Positions 51,965 to 60,964 of a DNA stretch of 64,000 nucleotides are shown piece by piece. Positions within the stretch are counted from its first letter, which is position 1, and every line of letters starts with the position of its first letter. The position numbers and the translations under genes are program-made. The notes beneath the pieces were generated by a model. It was not told the DNA's origin, did not search any database, and saw only the letters and a list, made by a program, of their open reading frames with translations. The stretch comes from Escherichia phage vB_EcoM_LNA2. The DNA is taken from the sequence record MZ311865.1, one strand, 5' to 3'.

Positions 51965-54178
51965 TTATTTGGCCGCTTCCACGGCCTTCATGAATTTAAC
52001 GATTTGAGCGACCTGTTCTTTAGAAAGAGTACCACGTCGTCCCATGTATTCTGACACAATATGATAATTGGTTTCAAATTCAATAACCATTTTATCATCA
52101 TTATCGTAAGCATTATCTTTAAGCTTATCGAAAATTTTAGCACACAATTCTAACTTCTTATTCAGATCTCTGTTAGTAGCACCCGAGAATCGATTCCAAC
52201 CCCAACGATTATTTACTGTTGAAAGTTTTGCAAAATCTTTACTGATTTCTTTGTTCTTAGAGCTAAAATACTTACTAAGGAAGTTAAGCTCTTCATTACG
52301 AGTAATATGATTCAAATAAGGCTGTGCTCTACGACTTGGTGATACATACTCATCATAATCCACTTTATCAATTAGCGTAATATAGTCGTTAATTGATTTT
52401 TCGAACAAGCATTCTACTTCACCAAGTTTACGAACTTTCTTAGCAATCTGTGGACGAACTACAGTGAACTCTTTAATACCTGACAAATCAGCAATACGGG
52501 TCAAGAAATTGGAGTCATAGTTCAACCAACCTTTATCTGCGTCAAGACATTCAGCATTAGAACGATTACGAACTATAGCATAACCTTGGATTTCATCAGC
52601 TTCACTCGCTGGAATAAAGAGATCTTCTAATACCCAAACATCGTTTTCATTCTTAAAGAACCGATGAGCACTTGGAGATTTAGGACGAGGCTCATTAGTT
52701 CGTTTCCTGACTTCAATCCATGGTTTAACGATTTGTAAAAGCTCTGAAGTCTTGTACATGTTAATGCTATCGCCATCAAAGATAACTTTAAGGCGTTCCA
52801 GAAGTTTCATTGCATCTTCGTCTGTAGGGTCAACGAATAGTACGCTTTTACCAAAACCGCGTGGAACTTTACCGGTTAATTTAACCTCGTCTTTAGACAT
52901 TTCAATTGAATTAAGAGCTCGCATTAATGGAACGCGTCCCTTAACGTCGTCAATAACAATTTCAACGTTTTTAATGTTAATGCCAATCAGACTGTTAATT
53001 GAAATGGTTGCCGTTGAGCTACCGCTTTCACGAATACGACGAAGACGAGGGGATTCAACGATATCGTATACGACACCAAGATTACACCACTCAGGCCCCA
53101 TTTTAAAACGTTTGTACAACTCAGAATAAGTTAGTTGTTCTTTAGAGTATTTCAGTGATTCAATATTAGACCCGGCCTTTTCCATGTATTTACGAGCGGT
53201 ATAGCCAAGAGAATCAATTTCACGGAACACATGACGTGGGTATTTACAATCAATCCATTTCTTAGAATCTTCAGCAAATAATTTTGCATCGATTTCTGCA
53301 ACACGTTTATGGATATTTGCTACTGTACGTTTATCAAATGACAATGCTTCACGAGACGGGGCTACATCTAGTTCACCCATAGGGAATTTAATATAAGCTG
53401 TAGTGCATCGCGTCATCATCCATGTTTGTTCTTTAATAACACTTCCGATTGGATATACAATACCACCATAAACAGCCATGATATTACCACGTTCACCCCA
53501 TGGAGCTTCCTTGGCCAAATATACATCGTCAAATTCTGGGAAGTATTTGATATCTTTAACACCGCGAACTTCTGCAATATCACCTAGAGGACGCATAACA
53601 TATGCAATTTCAGATGCGAACTTTTCAAAATCTTCTGGGTTAACCGGTACAACTACTTCTACACCCGTACGGTCATCAGGGCCCATCTTATCTACAAAGG
53701 TTGGCTTAATCTGTGGACCACTGTCATCTTGGTAGATTACGTAACCACGAACTTCACCATTGTGATAAGACGTAAGGTTAAACGTATCAGTATATGCTAG
53801 CGGAGCTTTAGAGCCGAGTCCGAATCCACCAATGAAATCGTTACTCGATGTTTTAGTTGAAGCAAAATATGAGTTATAGATTCCTGGCTCTTCGTCATTA
53901 CCTCGAATGGTGAAATCACTCATACCAGGACCAAAGTCTCGAACTACAAAACGTGGGTCTAAACGACCTGGAGCCTGAACAATAAACTTATCAGTGCAAC
54001 CGTTAAGAATTTGTCCATCGATACAGTTTGTAATTAATTCACGTACACAAGCCAATTCTTTGTTTGTATAAAGGTCATTAGACAAAATCTTATAAACTTT
54101 GCTATTGCCTTGAATAGTAAATGCTGTGCTCTTACCGCCTGAACCAATAATCGTTTCTTTAGCCGTTTCAATAATCAT
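51965..54178 (-). CDS. rIIA: rIIA protein
   Basis: 737 aa (T4 rIIA 725 aa); adjacent to rIIB. Confidence 0.85.
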   Translation of the reverse strand: MIIETAKETIIGSGGKSTAFTIQGNSKVYKILSNDLYTNKELACVRELITNCIDGQILNGCTDKFIVQAPGRLDPRFVVRDFGPGMSDFTIRGNDEEPGIYNSYFASTKTSSNDFIGGFGLGSKAPLAYTDTFNLTSYHNGEVRGYVIYQDDSGPQIKPTFVDKMGPDDRTGVEVVVPVNPEDFEKFASEIAYVMRPLGDIAEVRGVKDIKYFPEFDDVYLAKEAPWGERGNIMAVYGGIVYPIGSVIKEQTWMMTRCTTAYIKFPMGELDVAPSREALSFDKRTVANIHKRVAEIDAKLFAEDSKKWIDCKYPRHVFREIDSLGYTARKYMEKAGSNIESLKYSKEQLTYSELYKRFKMGPEWCNLGVVYDIVESPRLRRIRESGSSTATISINSLIGINIKNVEIVIDDVKGRVPLMRALNSIEMSKDEVKLTGKVPRGFGKSVLFVDPTDEDAMKLLERLKVIFDGDSINMYKTSELLQIVKPWIEVRKRTNEPRPKSPSAHRFFKNENDVWVLEDLFIPASEADEIQGYAIVRNRSNAECLDADKGWLNYDSNFLTRIADLSGIKEFTVVRPQIAKKVRKLGEVECLFEKSINDYITLIDKVDYDEYVSPSRRAQPYLNHITRNEELNFLSKYFSSKNKEISKDFAKLSTVNNRWGWNRFSGATNRDLNKKLELCAKIFDKLKDNAYDNDDKMVIEFETNYHIVSEYMGRRGTLSKEQVAQIVKFMKAVEAAK

Positions 54179-54190
54179 ATTTTTCTCTCA

Positions 54191-54391
54191 TCACAAGTTA
54201 CGTTTAAAAATTTCTGCCACTTCGAGAAGTTCTTCTTTAGTAGCTGTATCGGTTTGTATTTTATATCGAATTTCTTTAAAGCGTTCTTTAAAGGACTCTG
54301 CTGACTCGATATCAAAAAATCTTTGGATAAGCCGGAATTCCCGGAGCACTGCTTTATCAAAAAGTTCCAAGTCCACGTTATATGTTCTCAT
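54191..54391 (-). CDS. hypothetical protein (rIIA.1 position)
   Basis: 66-aa ORF immediately upstream of rIIA; a second track ORF 54175..54360 in another frame is rejected. Confidence 0.45.
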   Translation of the reverse strand: MRTYNVDLELFDKAVLREFRLIQRFFDIESAESFKERFKEIRYKIQTDTATKEELLEVAEIFKRNL

Positions 54392-54415
54392 AATATTCTC
54401 TTCAGTAGATTCCTA

Positions 54416-54470
54416 GGGCACTATTACTAAAGACCATATAATCTATCATCTTATGTGTAATAGTGCCTCA
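54416..54470 (-). promoter_or_regulatory. long-loop hairpin between glycosyltransferase gene and rIIA.1
   Basis: About 11-bp stem GGCACTATTAC...GTAATAGTGCC with ~29-nt AT-rich loop. Confidence 0.35.
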
Positions 54471-54483
54471 GGCTATTCAGGAT

Positions 54484-55584
54484 TTACGCTGTGAAGATTT
54501 TATCCCACATCGCAACAACTGCATCTCGATTATACTTCTTCCATACTGCTTCAGCACGTTTAACTCGAGCTTCGTATGTGTCAGTGAATTCTAATACAGC
54601 TTTTGTGTAAAGCGCAACTACTTCTTTCTTAGGAGTAGAGGAATCAATTTCTACACGCACAGTATCTGGGTCGTATTCGAATGTCGCATGAGGATAATCC
54701 TTAAAAACTAACTGGATTACAGGGACACCTTTAGAGATGGCTTCAATAGAACTATTCTCTACCGTACCTGTGTCAGGACACGTATTAATAAGTGCTTTAG
54801 CTGTTTTAAGACGTTCCATAATTTCACTGTGTGGAGCATCAATAATAACAGGATATTTAGCCGGTGGCGCCCATTTACTAGGACAGTATCCTACACCATT
54901 TTCGCCTAGTGCTTTAATCGCTTCAAGAGCAACATCAGTACGACGCATTTTAGTGTCATAACGTTGTGCACTAATAATCAGATCCGTCGCCGGAAGAACT
55001 TCTGGCTTTTCAGTCAAACAAATAACCGGATAATCTTCGGCTTCAAACAACGGATTTGCTCGCCAATAATCATAATCAATTTTGTCAGTCAGACCTGAAG
55101 TCATATAACAATATTTGCGTTCAAATTCACGGAAGGCTTTAGTAGGAGCATAGCTCTTCCCACCATTCTTATGAATTTGAATAGTCTGGTCCCAAATTTG
55201 AACAATGCCACGAGATACTGGTTCAAATGGTGTTGCCATAAAATTCTTATGAACTTTAGAGAGACCTGCGTCTTTAATTGCCTGAACGGTTAGTTTAGTC
55301 GGTTCCATAGTAACAACAAAATCGTATTCATGGATGCCGGCTAGTTCAACAATCTTACGAGCCATAGTATAACTCATACCTAGACTGAATTTTGTCAGAT
55401 GACCAACAGGATGATGATTAACTTTCCAATCACCAAATGTGTCATTATCAAAACCGATATAATCAATATCAGCACCGATGGACACAAGATATTTCAACAC
55501 GTTCAAATGAACCGCTTCAAGACCACCTTGTACACGTTCTGGGTTAAATGGGACTGCACGAGATGGGATAAACATAACTTTCAT
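54484..55584 (-). CDS. GT-B fold glycosyltransferase (GT4-like), candidate DNA sugar-modification enzyme
   Basis: 366 aa; N-terminal MKVMFIPS...GG.EAV..NVLKYL and C-terminal TGTVENSSIEAISKGVPVIQ (E-x7-EA-x3-G-x-PVI) typical of retaining GT-B glycosyltransferases; no T4 gene occupies this position. Confidence 0.7.
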   Translation of the reverse strand: MKVMFIPSRAVPFNPERVQGGLEAVHLNVLKYLVSIGADIDYIGFDNDTFGDWKVNHHPVGHLTKFSLGMSYTMARKIVELAGIHEYDFVVTMEPTKLTVQAIKDAGLSKVHKNFMATPFEPVSRGIVQIWDQTIQIHKNGGKSYAPTKAFREFERKYCYMTSGLTDKIDYDYWRANPLFEAEDYPVICLTEKPEVLPATDLIISAQRYDTKMRRTDVALEAIKALGENGVGYCPSKWAPPAKYPVIIDAPHSEIMERLKTAKALINTCPDTGTVENSSIEAISKGVPVIQLVFKDYPHATFEYDPDTVRVEIDSSTPKKEVVALYTKAVLEFTDTYEARVKRAEAVWKKYNRDAVVAMWDKIFTA

Positions 55585-55610
55585 AATTAAGCCTTATTAA
55601 AATTAAAATG

Positions 55611-55628
55611 AAGCTCCCGAAGGAGCTT
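55611..55628 (-). terminator. UUCG-tetraloop hairpin after gene 39
   Basis: AAGCTCC-cgaa-GGAGCTT on plus strand, overlapping the gene 39 stop. Confidence 0.5.
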
Positions 55629-57444
55629 AGGACATCCATTCTTTACGAAGTTCTGAATCATCACCCATCAACATTTCAAAGAGTTCTTTCCAATTTTCAG
55701 GAAGTTTAACTACGTCGTACACAGGGTTCTGAATCATTTCACGATATTCTGACTTTTCAAGGGAGCCTAATCCCTTGATGTATCGAATACTGTGCTTAGG
55801 CAGTGTATCTTTAACTTCTTCGTACTCAGCCACAGTATAAAACCATTTTTGAGTTTTGCCAATTTGTGCAATAATTACAGGCGTTTTAACAAAGCGAATA
55901 CGTCCTTGTTCAAACAATTCAGGCCAATTACTAAAGAAAGCAAGCAAAGCCGGATAGATACTTCCAAGACCGTCATGATCGGCATCGGTCATAATTGCAA
56001 TATTACGATAGTTCGTATTCTCTGCCTTTTCACCAAGAATAAGACCCGTGATAGCACAGATATCAAAGAGCTCTTTGTTCTTCATCATATCAGCATATGA
56101 CATACCCCAGCTATTCATCACCTTACCACGTAATGGGAATCCACCGTGTAGTTCACGGTCACGAACATCAATGAGATAACCAATTGCCGAATCACCTTCT
56201 GTTAAGAACAATGTCGTATCTGCATCTTTACCGCATTGGTTAGCTTTAATATGCTTATGAACCTTAGCTTTAGTTGCCTTTTTAGCTGCTTTAGTTTCTG
56301 CAGCCTTTTCTGCTGCCAATTTACGAGCTAATGCTGCTTCAACAATAGGCATAATCAAGGCTTCGTTTTTAAGAAGTGCCTGAGCAATTTTCTTAGCATC
56401 TAATTGGATATGATTACGAATATCACCATACGTTGACGTTAAACGTTCTTTAGTCTGAGAATCAAAACGCATGTTGCTCATGTCTCTAATAAACATCAAC
56501 ATTGTGAGACATTCTTTAACACGAGCTTTAGTGACTTCAATACCCTTATATTTCTTTTTAATACCAGGCAAAAGATGTTCGCAGATATCATCCATTACAC
56601 ATTCAACATGATGACCACCATTTTTAGTATGGATGTTATTCACGTAAGTTAAATGACGGAAGCCATCTGGTGATGTTGTGAATGCCATAGAGACTCTATC
56701 GTTTTCTTGAATGATGTTATCTTCGCCAAATTGTTTAGCAAATCGTTTAAAATTACCATCAACCTTTTTACCATTAAATGTGAACTTGATATCAGGATAA
56801 ACGACTGCCAATGTTTGAAGTCGGTCTAAAGTAATATCTAAATAAATTTGAGATAAATTATGCTCTTCAAATGAAGAGAAATCAGGAGTGAAGATTACTT
56901 TAGTGCCTTTACCTTTAGATTTCTTAGAAGACCATGATTTGTTTTCCATTCCGTTTGAACAGTTAACAGTGATTTCATTTTCGCCATCTGACGTGATGCC
57001 TGTAAACAACGTAGAGAAGATATTAGTTAAACTACTCCCGACGCCGTTCATACCACCAGTCTTGCGTTCAGAGTCATCACCAAAGTTACCACCAGCCTTT
57101 GGAATAGTCCAGGCTGCTACAGGCCCAGGAATTTGTTCACCTGTTTGGTCGGTAACTAAACCTTGAGGAATACCACGTCCGTTATCTTCCACTGAGACTT
57201 GATTATTTTTAATTTGCACATCGATTTTATTTGCAAACTTAAATGATGTACGAATAGCTTCATCAACCGAGTTGTCAATAATCTCATCGATTAATTTAAC
57301 CAGACCAGGAACATATTCAACTTGTTGATATTTGCCAAACAAAAAACGCTCATGTGCTTCTTTAGCAGAAGAACCAATATACATACCACTACGTTTCTTA
57401 ATATGTTCTACATCTGACAATACCTTAATTTCATTTTTAATCAT
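55627..57444 (-). CDS. 39: DNA topoisomerase II large subunit gp39 (unsplit 39+60 form)
   Basis: 605-aa single ORF with GHKL ATPase/Toprim-type features; no separate gene 60 and no inserted homing endonuclease. Confidence 0.9.
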   Translation of the reverse strand: MIKNEIKVLSDVEHIKKRSGMYIGSSAKEAHERFLFGKYQQVEYVPGLVKLIDEIIDNSVDEAIRTSFKFANKIDVQIKNNQVSVEDNGRGIPQGLVTDQTGEQIPGPVAAWTIPKAGGNFGDDSERKTGGMNGVGSSLTNIFSTLFTGITSDGENEITVNCSNGMENKSWSSKKSKGKGTKVIFTPDFSSFEEHNLSQIYLDITLDRLQTLAVVYPDIKFTFNGKKVDGNFKRFAKQFGEDNIIQENDRVSMAFTTSPDGFRHLTYVNNIHTKNGGHHVECVMDDICEHLLPGIKKKYKGIEVTKARVKECLTMLMFIRDMSNMRFDSQTKERLTSTYGDIRNHIQLDAKKIAQALLKNEALIMPIVEAALARKLAAEKAAETKAAKKATKAKVHKHIKANQCGKDADTTLFLTEGDSAIGYLIDVRDRELHGGFPLRGKVMNSWGMSYADMMKNKELFDICAITGLILGEKAENTNYRNIAIMTDADHDGLGSIYPALLAFFSNWPELFEQGRIRFVKTPVIIAQIGKTQKWFYTVAEYEEVKDTLPKHSIRYIKGLGSLEKSEYREMIQNPVYDVVKLPENWKELFEMLMGDDSELRKEWMS

Positions 57445-57495
57445 GTTGTCTCCTCGTTATGAAGGTATTCTATCATCCGAAATCTAAAGCAAAAA

Positions 57496-57507
57496 GGGCC
57501 GAAGCCC
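57496..57507 (-). terminator. short UUCG-tetraloop hairpin upstream of gene 39
   Basis: GGGC-cgaa-GCCC on plus strand. Confidence 0.4.
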
Positions 57508-57951
57508 TTATTTAAATTTAATTTTCTGAAGTGCATCAATTGCAGCTAAACGCCCTTGTTCACTTTTAACTGTAATGACCACATCGCCTGATACGATCAC
57601 CGAACCATCAACAAATTCTATAGAGCCTTTTTTGAAATCGACAGCTGTATCTGGTTCCGGAACTTCTTCAAAGAATTTAAATTCTGCACCATAAATCAGA
57701 ATATCACCTTGCATACTAATGATTGTACGTCTAGGTCCATCGGTTTCAGCGGCAATCATTGAAACACCATAACCAATCATCTCTTCTACAATAAAATCTC
57801 TTGATAATAAAACTGTATGCAGAGTAGTGTTAAGACGTTTACCAGTTGTATTAAGAATTCTCAAGAAATTATCTTCTTGACCTTTGATAATACGATATTT
57901 CTTACCAACTTCAAAACCTTTAAAACCTTTAAAAGCCGTATTAAAAGCCAT
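57508..57951 (-). CDS. hypothetical protein
   Basis: 147-aa ORF, TAATTATG junction with the upstream zinc-ribbon ORF. Confidence 0.45.
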   Translation of the reverse strand: MAFNTAFKGFKGFEVGKKYRIIKGQEDNFLRILNTTGKRLNTTLHTVLLSRDFIVEEMIGYGVSMIAAETDGPRRTIISMQGDILIYGAEFKFFEEVPEPDTAVDFKKGSIEFVDGSVIVSGDVVITVKSEQGRLAAIDALQKIKFK

Positions 57952-57953
57952 AA

Positions 57954-58133
57954 TTAACCCTTCTTAAGTAAGTCGTAAAAACCACCGTTCACATGTTTAG
58001 GAGCAGAAACCCGACGAGTAGACAGACGATGACATTCAGGGCAAACATCGTTTTCTCGTTCAGAAATCCTTTTAATTTTTTCATATTCATGACCACAATC
58101 TTCAGATTGACATTTATAGTCGTATAACGGCAT
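57954..58133 (-). CDS. small zinc-ribbon protein (FmdB-like CxxC...CxxC), 59 aa (missed by ORF track)
   Basis: Hand translation: [59 protein letters not shown]; two CxxC pairs; TAATG overlap with the upstream ORF. Confidence 0.55.
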   Translation of the reverse strand: MPLYDYKCQSEDCGHEYEKIKRISERENDVCPECHRLSTRRVSAPKHVNGGFYDLLKKG

Positions 58134-58564
58134 TATTGTTCCTTAAAGTGAGCTTTCAACATTTGATACAAAGACCATGCCTGGTCGTTATTTTCGATAG
58201 TAATCGTCATCACCGGAAATTCAGACAATTCATCAAGTTCACCAGAATCTTGCTCTTCAGACTCTTGATACGGATTTCCAACTTCGTCAAAGAACTCTGC
58301 TTCATTCGTGGAGAGCCAGATAAAGTTTTCATCAAGGATGTCACCGCCTGTTGCGTATCCAACCATGCCAGTAGATGTCACAATTTTAGTAGGACGACCA
58401 AGATGGTCAACATCTAATATTTTAAATGGTTCCATGCCAAGACGTCGTGCGTAAATCCCATTATCAGTGTGGTCTTTAATAAACTCTTCTTGGGCACGTT
58501 TATCTTTAAATTGGTACCATGAGTTAACGCGGAATTTATTAGCCATTAGTAAGTTTCCTTCCAA
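58133..58564 (-). CDS. hypothetical acidic protein
   Basis: 143-aa ORF. Confidence 0.45.
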   Translation of the reverse strand: MEGNLLMANKFRVNSWYQFKDKRAQEEFIKDHTDNGIYARRLGMEPFKILDVDHLGRPTKIVTSTGMVGYATGGDILDENFIWLSTNEAEFFDEVGNPYQESEEQDSGELDELSEFPVMTITIENNDQAWSLYQMLKAHFKEQ

Positions 58565-58773
58565 TAAGTTGTACCATTTTCAGTGATTTCACGGAAGATA
58601 CCATAGATAGGCATTTCGTCACCGAGTTTTTCGTAAACGTAAACCACTTCAGTGTAGCATAAAAATTCAGTCCAGTTTTTCTGTACAACAACTAAATCAG
58701 GATTAAACAGAACATCTTCAAACTCATCGATGTTTGAATCAGTAGTTACGTTTTTAATGATTTGACGTTTCAT
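58546..58773 (-). CDS. hypothetical protein
   Basis: Track ORF 58546..58818 trimmed to internal ATG at 58771-58773 preceded by GAGGAG (75 aa). Confidence 0.4.
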   Translation of the reverse strand: MKRQIIKNVTTDSNIDEFEDVLFNPDLVVVQKNWTEFLCYTEVVYVYEKLGDEMPIYGIFREITENGTTYWKETY

Positions 58774-58801
58774 AATATTCTCCTCTTGTTTTGATAGGTC
58801 T

Positions 58802-58830
58802 ATAGTATCATAGACCATAGTTGTTGTACA
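58802..58830 (-). promoter_or_regulatory. early-type promoter cassette with hairpin around -10
   Basis: Minus-strand TGTACA-17nt-TACTAT; palindrome GGTCTAT..ATAGACC around the -10. Confidence 0.45.
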
Positions 58831-59355
58831 TCATTTTAGCAAAATAAAATCAACTTGTTCTGCCAATGAACGTCTGAACATTAATTGACAACTTCCGAGG
58901 ATGAAATCAGGTGCTTCATAGACCGCGATGTAGTATCCTTTAGCTTTCAAGAGTTCAACATCCACCTGGTCATCAAACCATGCATAAACCGCGTCAACAC
59001 TTTCAAATCCAAAATAGAACTCTTGAGCCCAATCTTCGCTCAATTCAAATGTGTGCTCAATTCTATAGTATCTTAAGATATTTTGTTCAAGGAGTTTGTC
59101 TTCATTTACTGTAGGACGATTAGGGACATTATAGTTGTCGCCATGATGGTAGAAGTTACCTGAGAGTATTCCATGCTTATCAAGGAACTCCCATGTTTCT
59201 TCAGAGTTGTCGGTGCCCGACCAACCGTATGGCGAACGAGGTTCTTTATTCCAAGAGGTTTCCCAAATTCTGACGGCTTTACCGTCTTCAATAGCAATTC
59301 CTGGTAATGATTCACGTTGAGTACAAAAACTACGTTCTACGCGGTAAACTAACAT
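58831..59355 (-). CDS. hypothetical protein
   Basis: 174-aa ORF; RBS GAGGAGAA. Confidence 0.45.
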   Translation of the reverse strand: MLVYRVERSFCTQRESLPGIAIEDGKAVRIWETSWNKEPRSPYGWSGTDNSEETWEFLDKHGILSGNFYHHGDNYNVPNRPTVNEDKLLEQNILRYYRIEHTFELSEDWAQEFYFGFESVDAVYAWFDDQVDVELLKAKGYYIAVYEAPDFILGSCQLMFRRSLAEQVDFILLK

Positions 59356-59381
59356 ATTATTCTCCTCTGGTTGATATGGTT

Positions 59382-59410
59382 ATAATATCAAAACCAGAGG
59401 AGAAGTAAAC
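59382..59410 (-). promoter_or_regulatory. early-type promoter cassette with 13-bp hairpin enclosing -10 and pairing with the downstream RBS
   Basis: Minus-strand GTTTAC-17nt-TATTAT; inverted repeat TTCTCCTCTGGTT (59360-59372) / AACCAGAGGAGAA (59391-59403). Confidence 0.5.
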
Positions 59411-59414
59411 AACT

Positions 59415-59834
59415 TTATGCAAAAGATGCTGGACAATATTTTTTGATTTGGAACTCAGGAACTACCATGAACTGTCCAGCAAAAACAATGTTATAAAGCT
59501 TGACTCCATCTTCAACCCATTGGTCACTGATGAACCCAGCGACTTGATTCGTTGTCCACGGTGTTCCATCTGTCGCAGAGGCAATGGTGAACTTGTGGTC
59601 TTTTACAACTAAAACCGATCTGCACAGTTTCCATTTGAACGCTTTTTCTTCCGGTTCAATGAATTGGCTTTTAACGTAACCAATGTTACCATCGGCGTCA
59701 CGAACTTTAACTTCGTTACGTCCAAAAACAGGATCACTCACATAAAGAACTTCAACCAACTTCCCGGCAACTTTAGAGCGAGAAGCATCCGATACGTGTA
59801 CATAATCACCAATAGAGAGATTTGCAATATTCAT
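59415..59834 (-). CDS. hypothetical protein, paralog family member 1
   Basis: 139 aa; C-terminal GFISDQWVEDGVKLYNIVFAGQF block shared with the two upstream ORFs. Confidence 0.5.
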   Translation of the reverse strand: MNIANLSIGDYVHVSDASRSKVAGKLVEVLYVSDPVFGRNEVKVRDADGNIGYVKSQFIEPEEKAFKWKLCRSVLVVKDHKFTIASATDGTPWTTNQVAGFISDQWVEDGVKLYNIVFAGQFMVVPEFQIKKYCPASFA

Positions 59835-59843
59835 AATAATTCC

Positions 59844-60341
59844 TTAAGCTTTACGAGGAGACACATAGCGAGTGATTTCAGATTCTTCAACAACTCGGAA
59901 GTCACCTAAGAATACAATATTGTATAGCTTTTTACCATCTTCAACCCATTGGTCGCTGATGAAGCCGCACATAGTATCAGTTTTGCTTGGATAACCGTAT
60001 TCGTCGATGTAATCAAATTCTTTATCGGTTATAAATTCAACGCCTTTGCAAAGGGCCCATTTGAACTGTGTAGTAGGCTCAACGATATCGCTTGAAGCAA
60101 AGTGTGCAGGTGCAACTTCTTCGCTTGAAGCAAATTGGACTCGTATATGTTTTTCCAGGAATTTAGGACTTACGTAAGCATACTGGGCATCTTGTCCGCC
60201 AAAACTGGGGATGATTCGAACTTTAACTTCTTTAACACGTCCCATGCCGTTAGTACGAAGCCCTGCTACTTCAACCAGACGACCTGCAGCTTTAGAACGA
60301 GAAGCAGGAGATACACGAAGGATTTCACCAATAGTAATCAT
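59844..60341 (-). CDS. hypothetical protein, paralog family member 2
   Basis: Track ORF 59844..60404 trimmed to internal ATG at 60339-60341 (MITIGEILRV..., 165 aa); C-terminal GFISDQWVEDGKKLYNIVFLGDF. Confidence 0.5.
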   Translation of the reverse strand: MITIGEILRVSPASRSKAAGRLVEVAGLRTNGMGRVKEVKVRIIPSFGGQDAQYAYVSPKFLEKHIRVQFASSEEVAPAHFASSDIVEPTTQFKWALCKGVEFITDKEFDYIDEYGYPSKTDTMCGFISDQWVEDGKKLYNIVFLGDFRVVEESEITRYVSPRKA

Positions 60342-60371
60342 ATTTTTTCTCTCTTTGTTTAAGTTGAATTC

Positions 60372-60402
60372 ATTATACTCCATCCATCCTTGGATGTAAA
60401 AC
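60372..60402 (-). promoter_or_regulatory. early-type promoter cassette
   Basis: Minus-strand GTTTTAC-18nt-TATAAT with CATCC..GGATG stem in the spacer. Confidence 0.45.
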
Positions 60403-60403
60403 A

Positions 60404-60898
60404 TTAATTAAGAATATTAACTACTGCACTACGTGGAACAACACTAAAATCACCAGCATGAACAACGTTAATAAGTTCAACACCATCTTCAATCCACTGG
60501 TCAGTTACCCATCCACTCACTGGACCTGCGAACGGACGTCGAATTGAAACGGCTTTACACAACAAATCAGTAGGCTCAATAGGCTTAATCAGAGTACCGT
60601 ACATACAAGCGATGTCCATATCAAAGTGGAGACCATCTTTAACAGGTGCTTCTTCAATCAAGAGTTCAAAGTCGGTGCTCGGAAGGGCAGTAGTAGAAAT
60701 TGTACCGTATGAATTTTTAATTTCTAAGAATAACCAAGGGCCTTCAACTTGTTTGATGAAGTTAACAATAGTGAAACTATTACCTTGAGTGGCACCTAAA
60801 ATTTCACAAAACTTTTCATAAGCTCGCACTGAAGCACCGTACCAATTGATTTGTTTTTCGTCTTTCAGGATGTAAGTAGCCGTAGTATTGATATTCAT
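60404..60898 (-). CDS. hypothetical protein, paralog family member 3
   Basis: 164 aa; C-terminal GWVTDQWIEDGVELINVVHAGDF, divergent copy of the same domain. Confidence 0.5.
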   Translation of the reverse strand: MNINTTATYILKDEKQINWYGASVRAYEKFCEILGATQGNSFTIVNFIKQVEGPWLFLEIKNSYGTISTTALPSTDFELLIEEAPVKDGLHFDMDIACMYGTLIKPIEPTDLLCKAVSIRRPFAGPVSGWVTDQWIEDGVELINVVHAGDFSVVPRSAVVNILN

Positions 60899-60929
60899 AA
60901 TGTTTTTCCTGTTTGGTTAAGATAGAAAG

Positions 60930-60959
60930 ATTATACTCCAACCATCCTTGGTTGTAAAC
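60930..60959 (-). promoter_or_regulatory. early-type promoter cassette
   Basis: Minus-strand GTTTAC-18nt-TATAAT with CCAAGG-centred stem in the spacer. Confidence 0.5.
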
Positions 60960-60964
60960 TGCTT

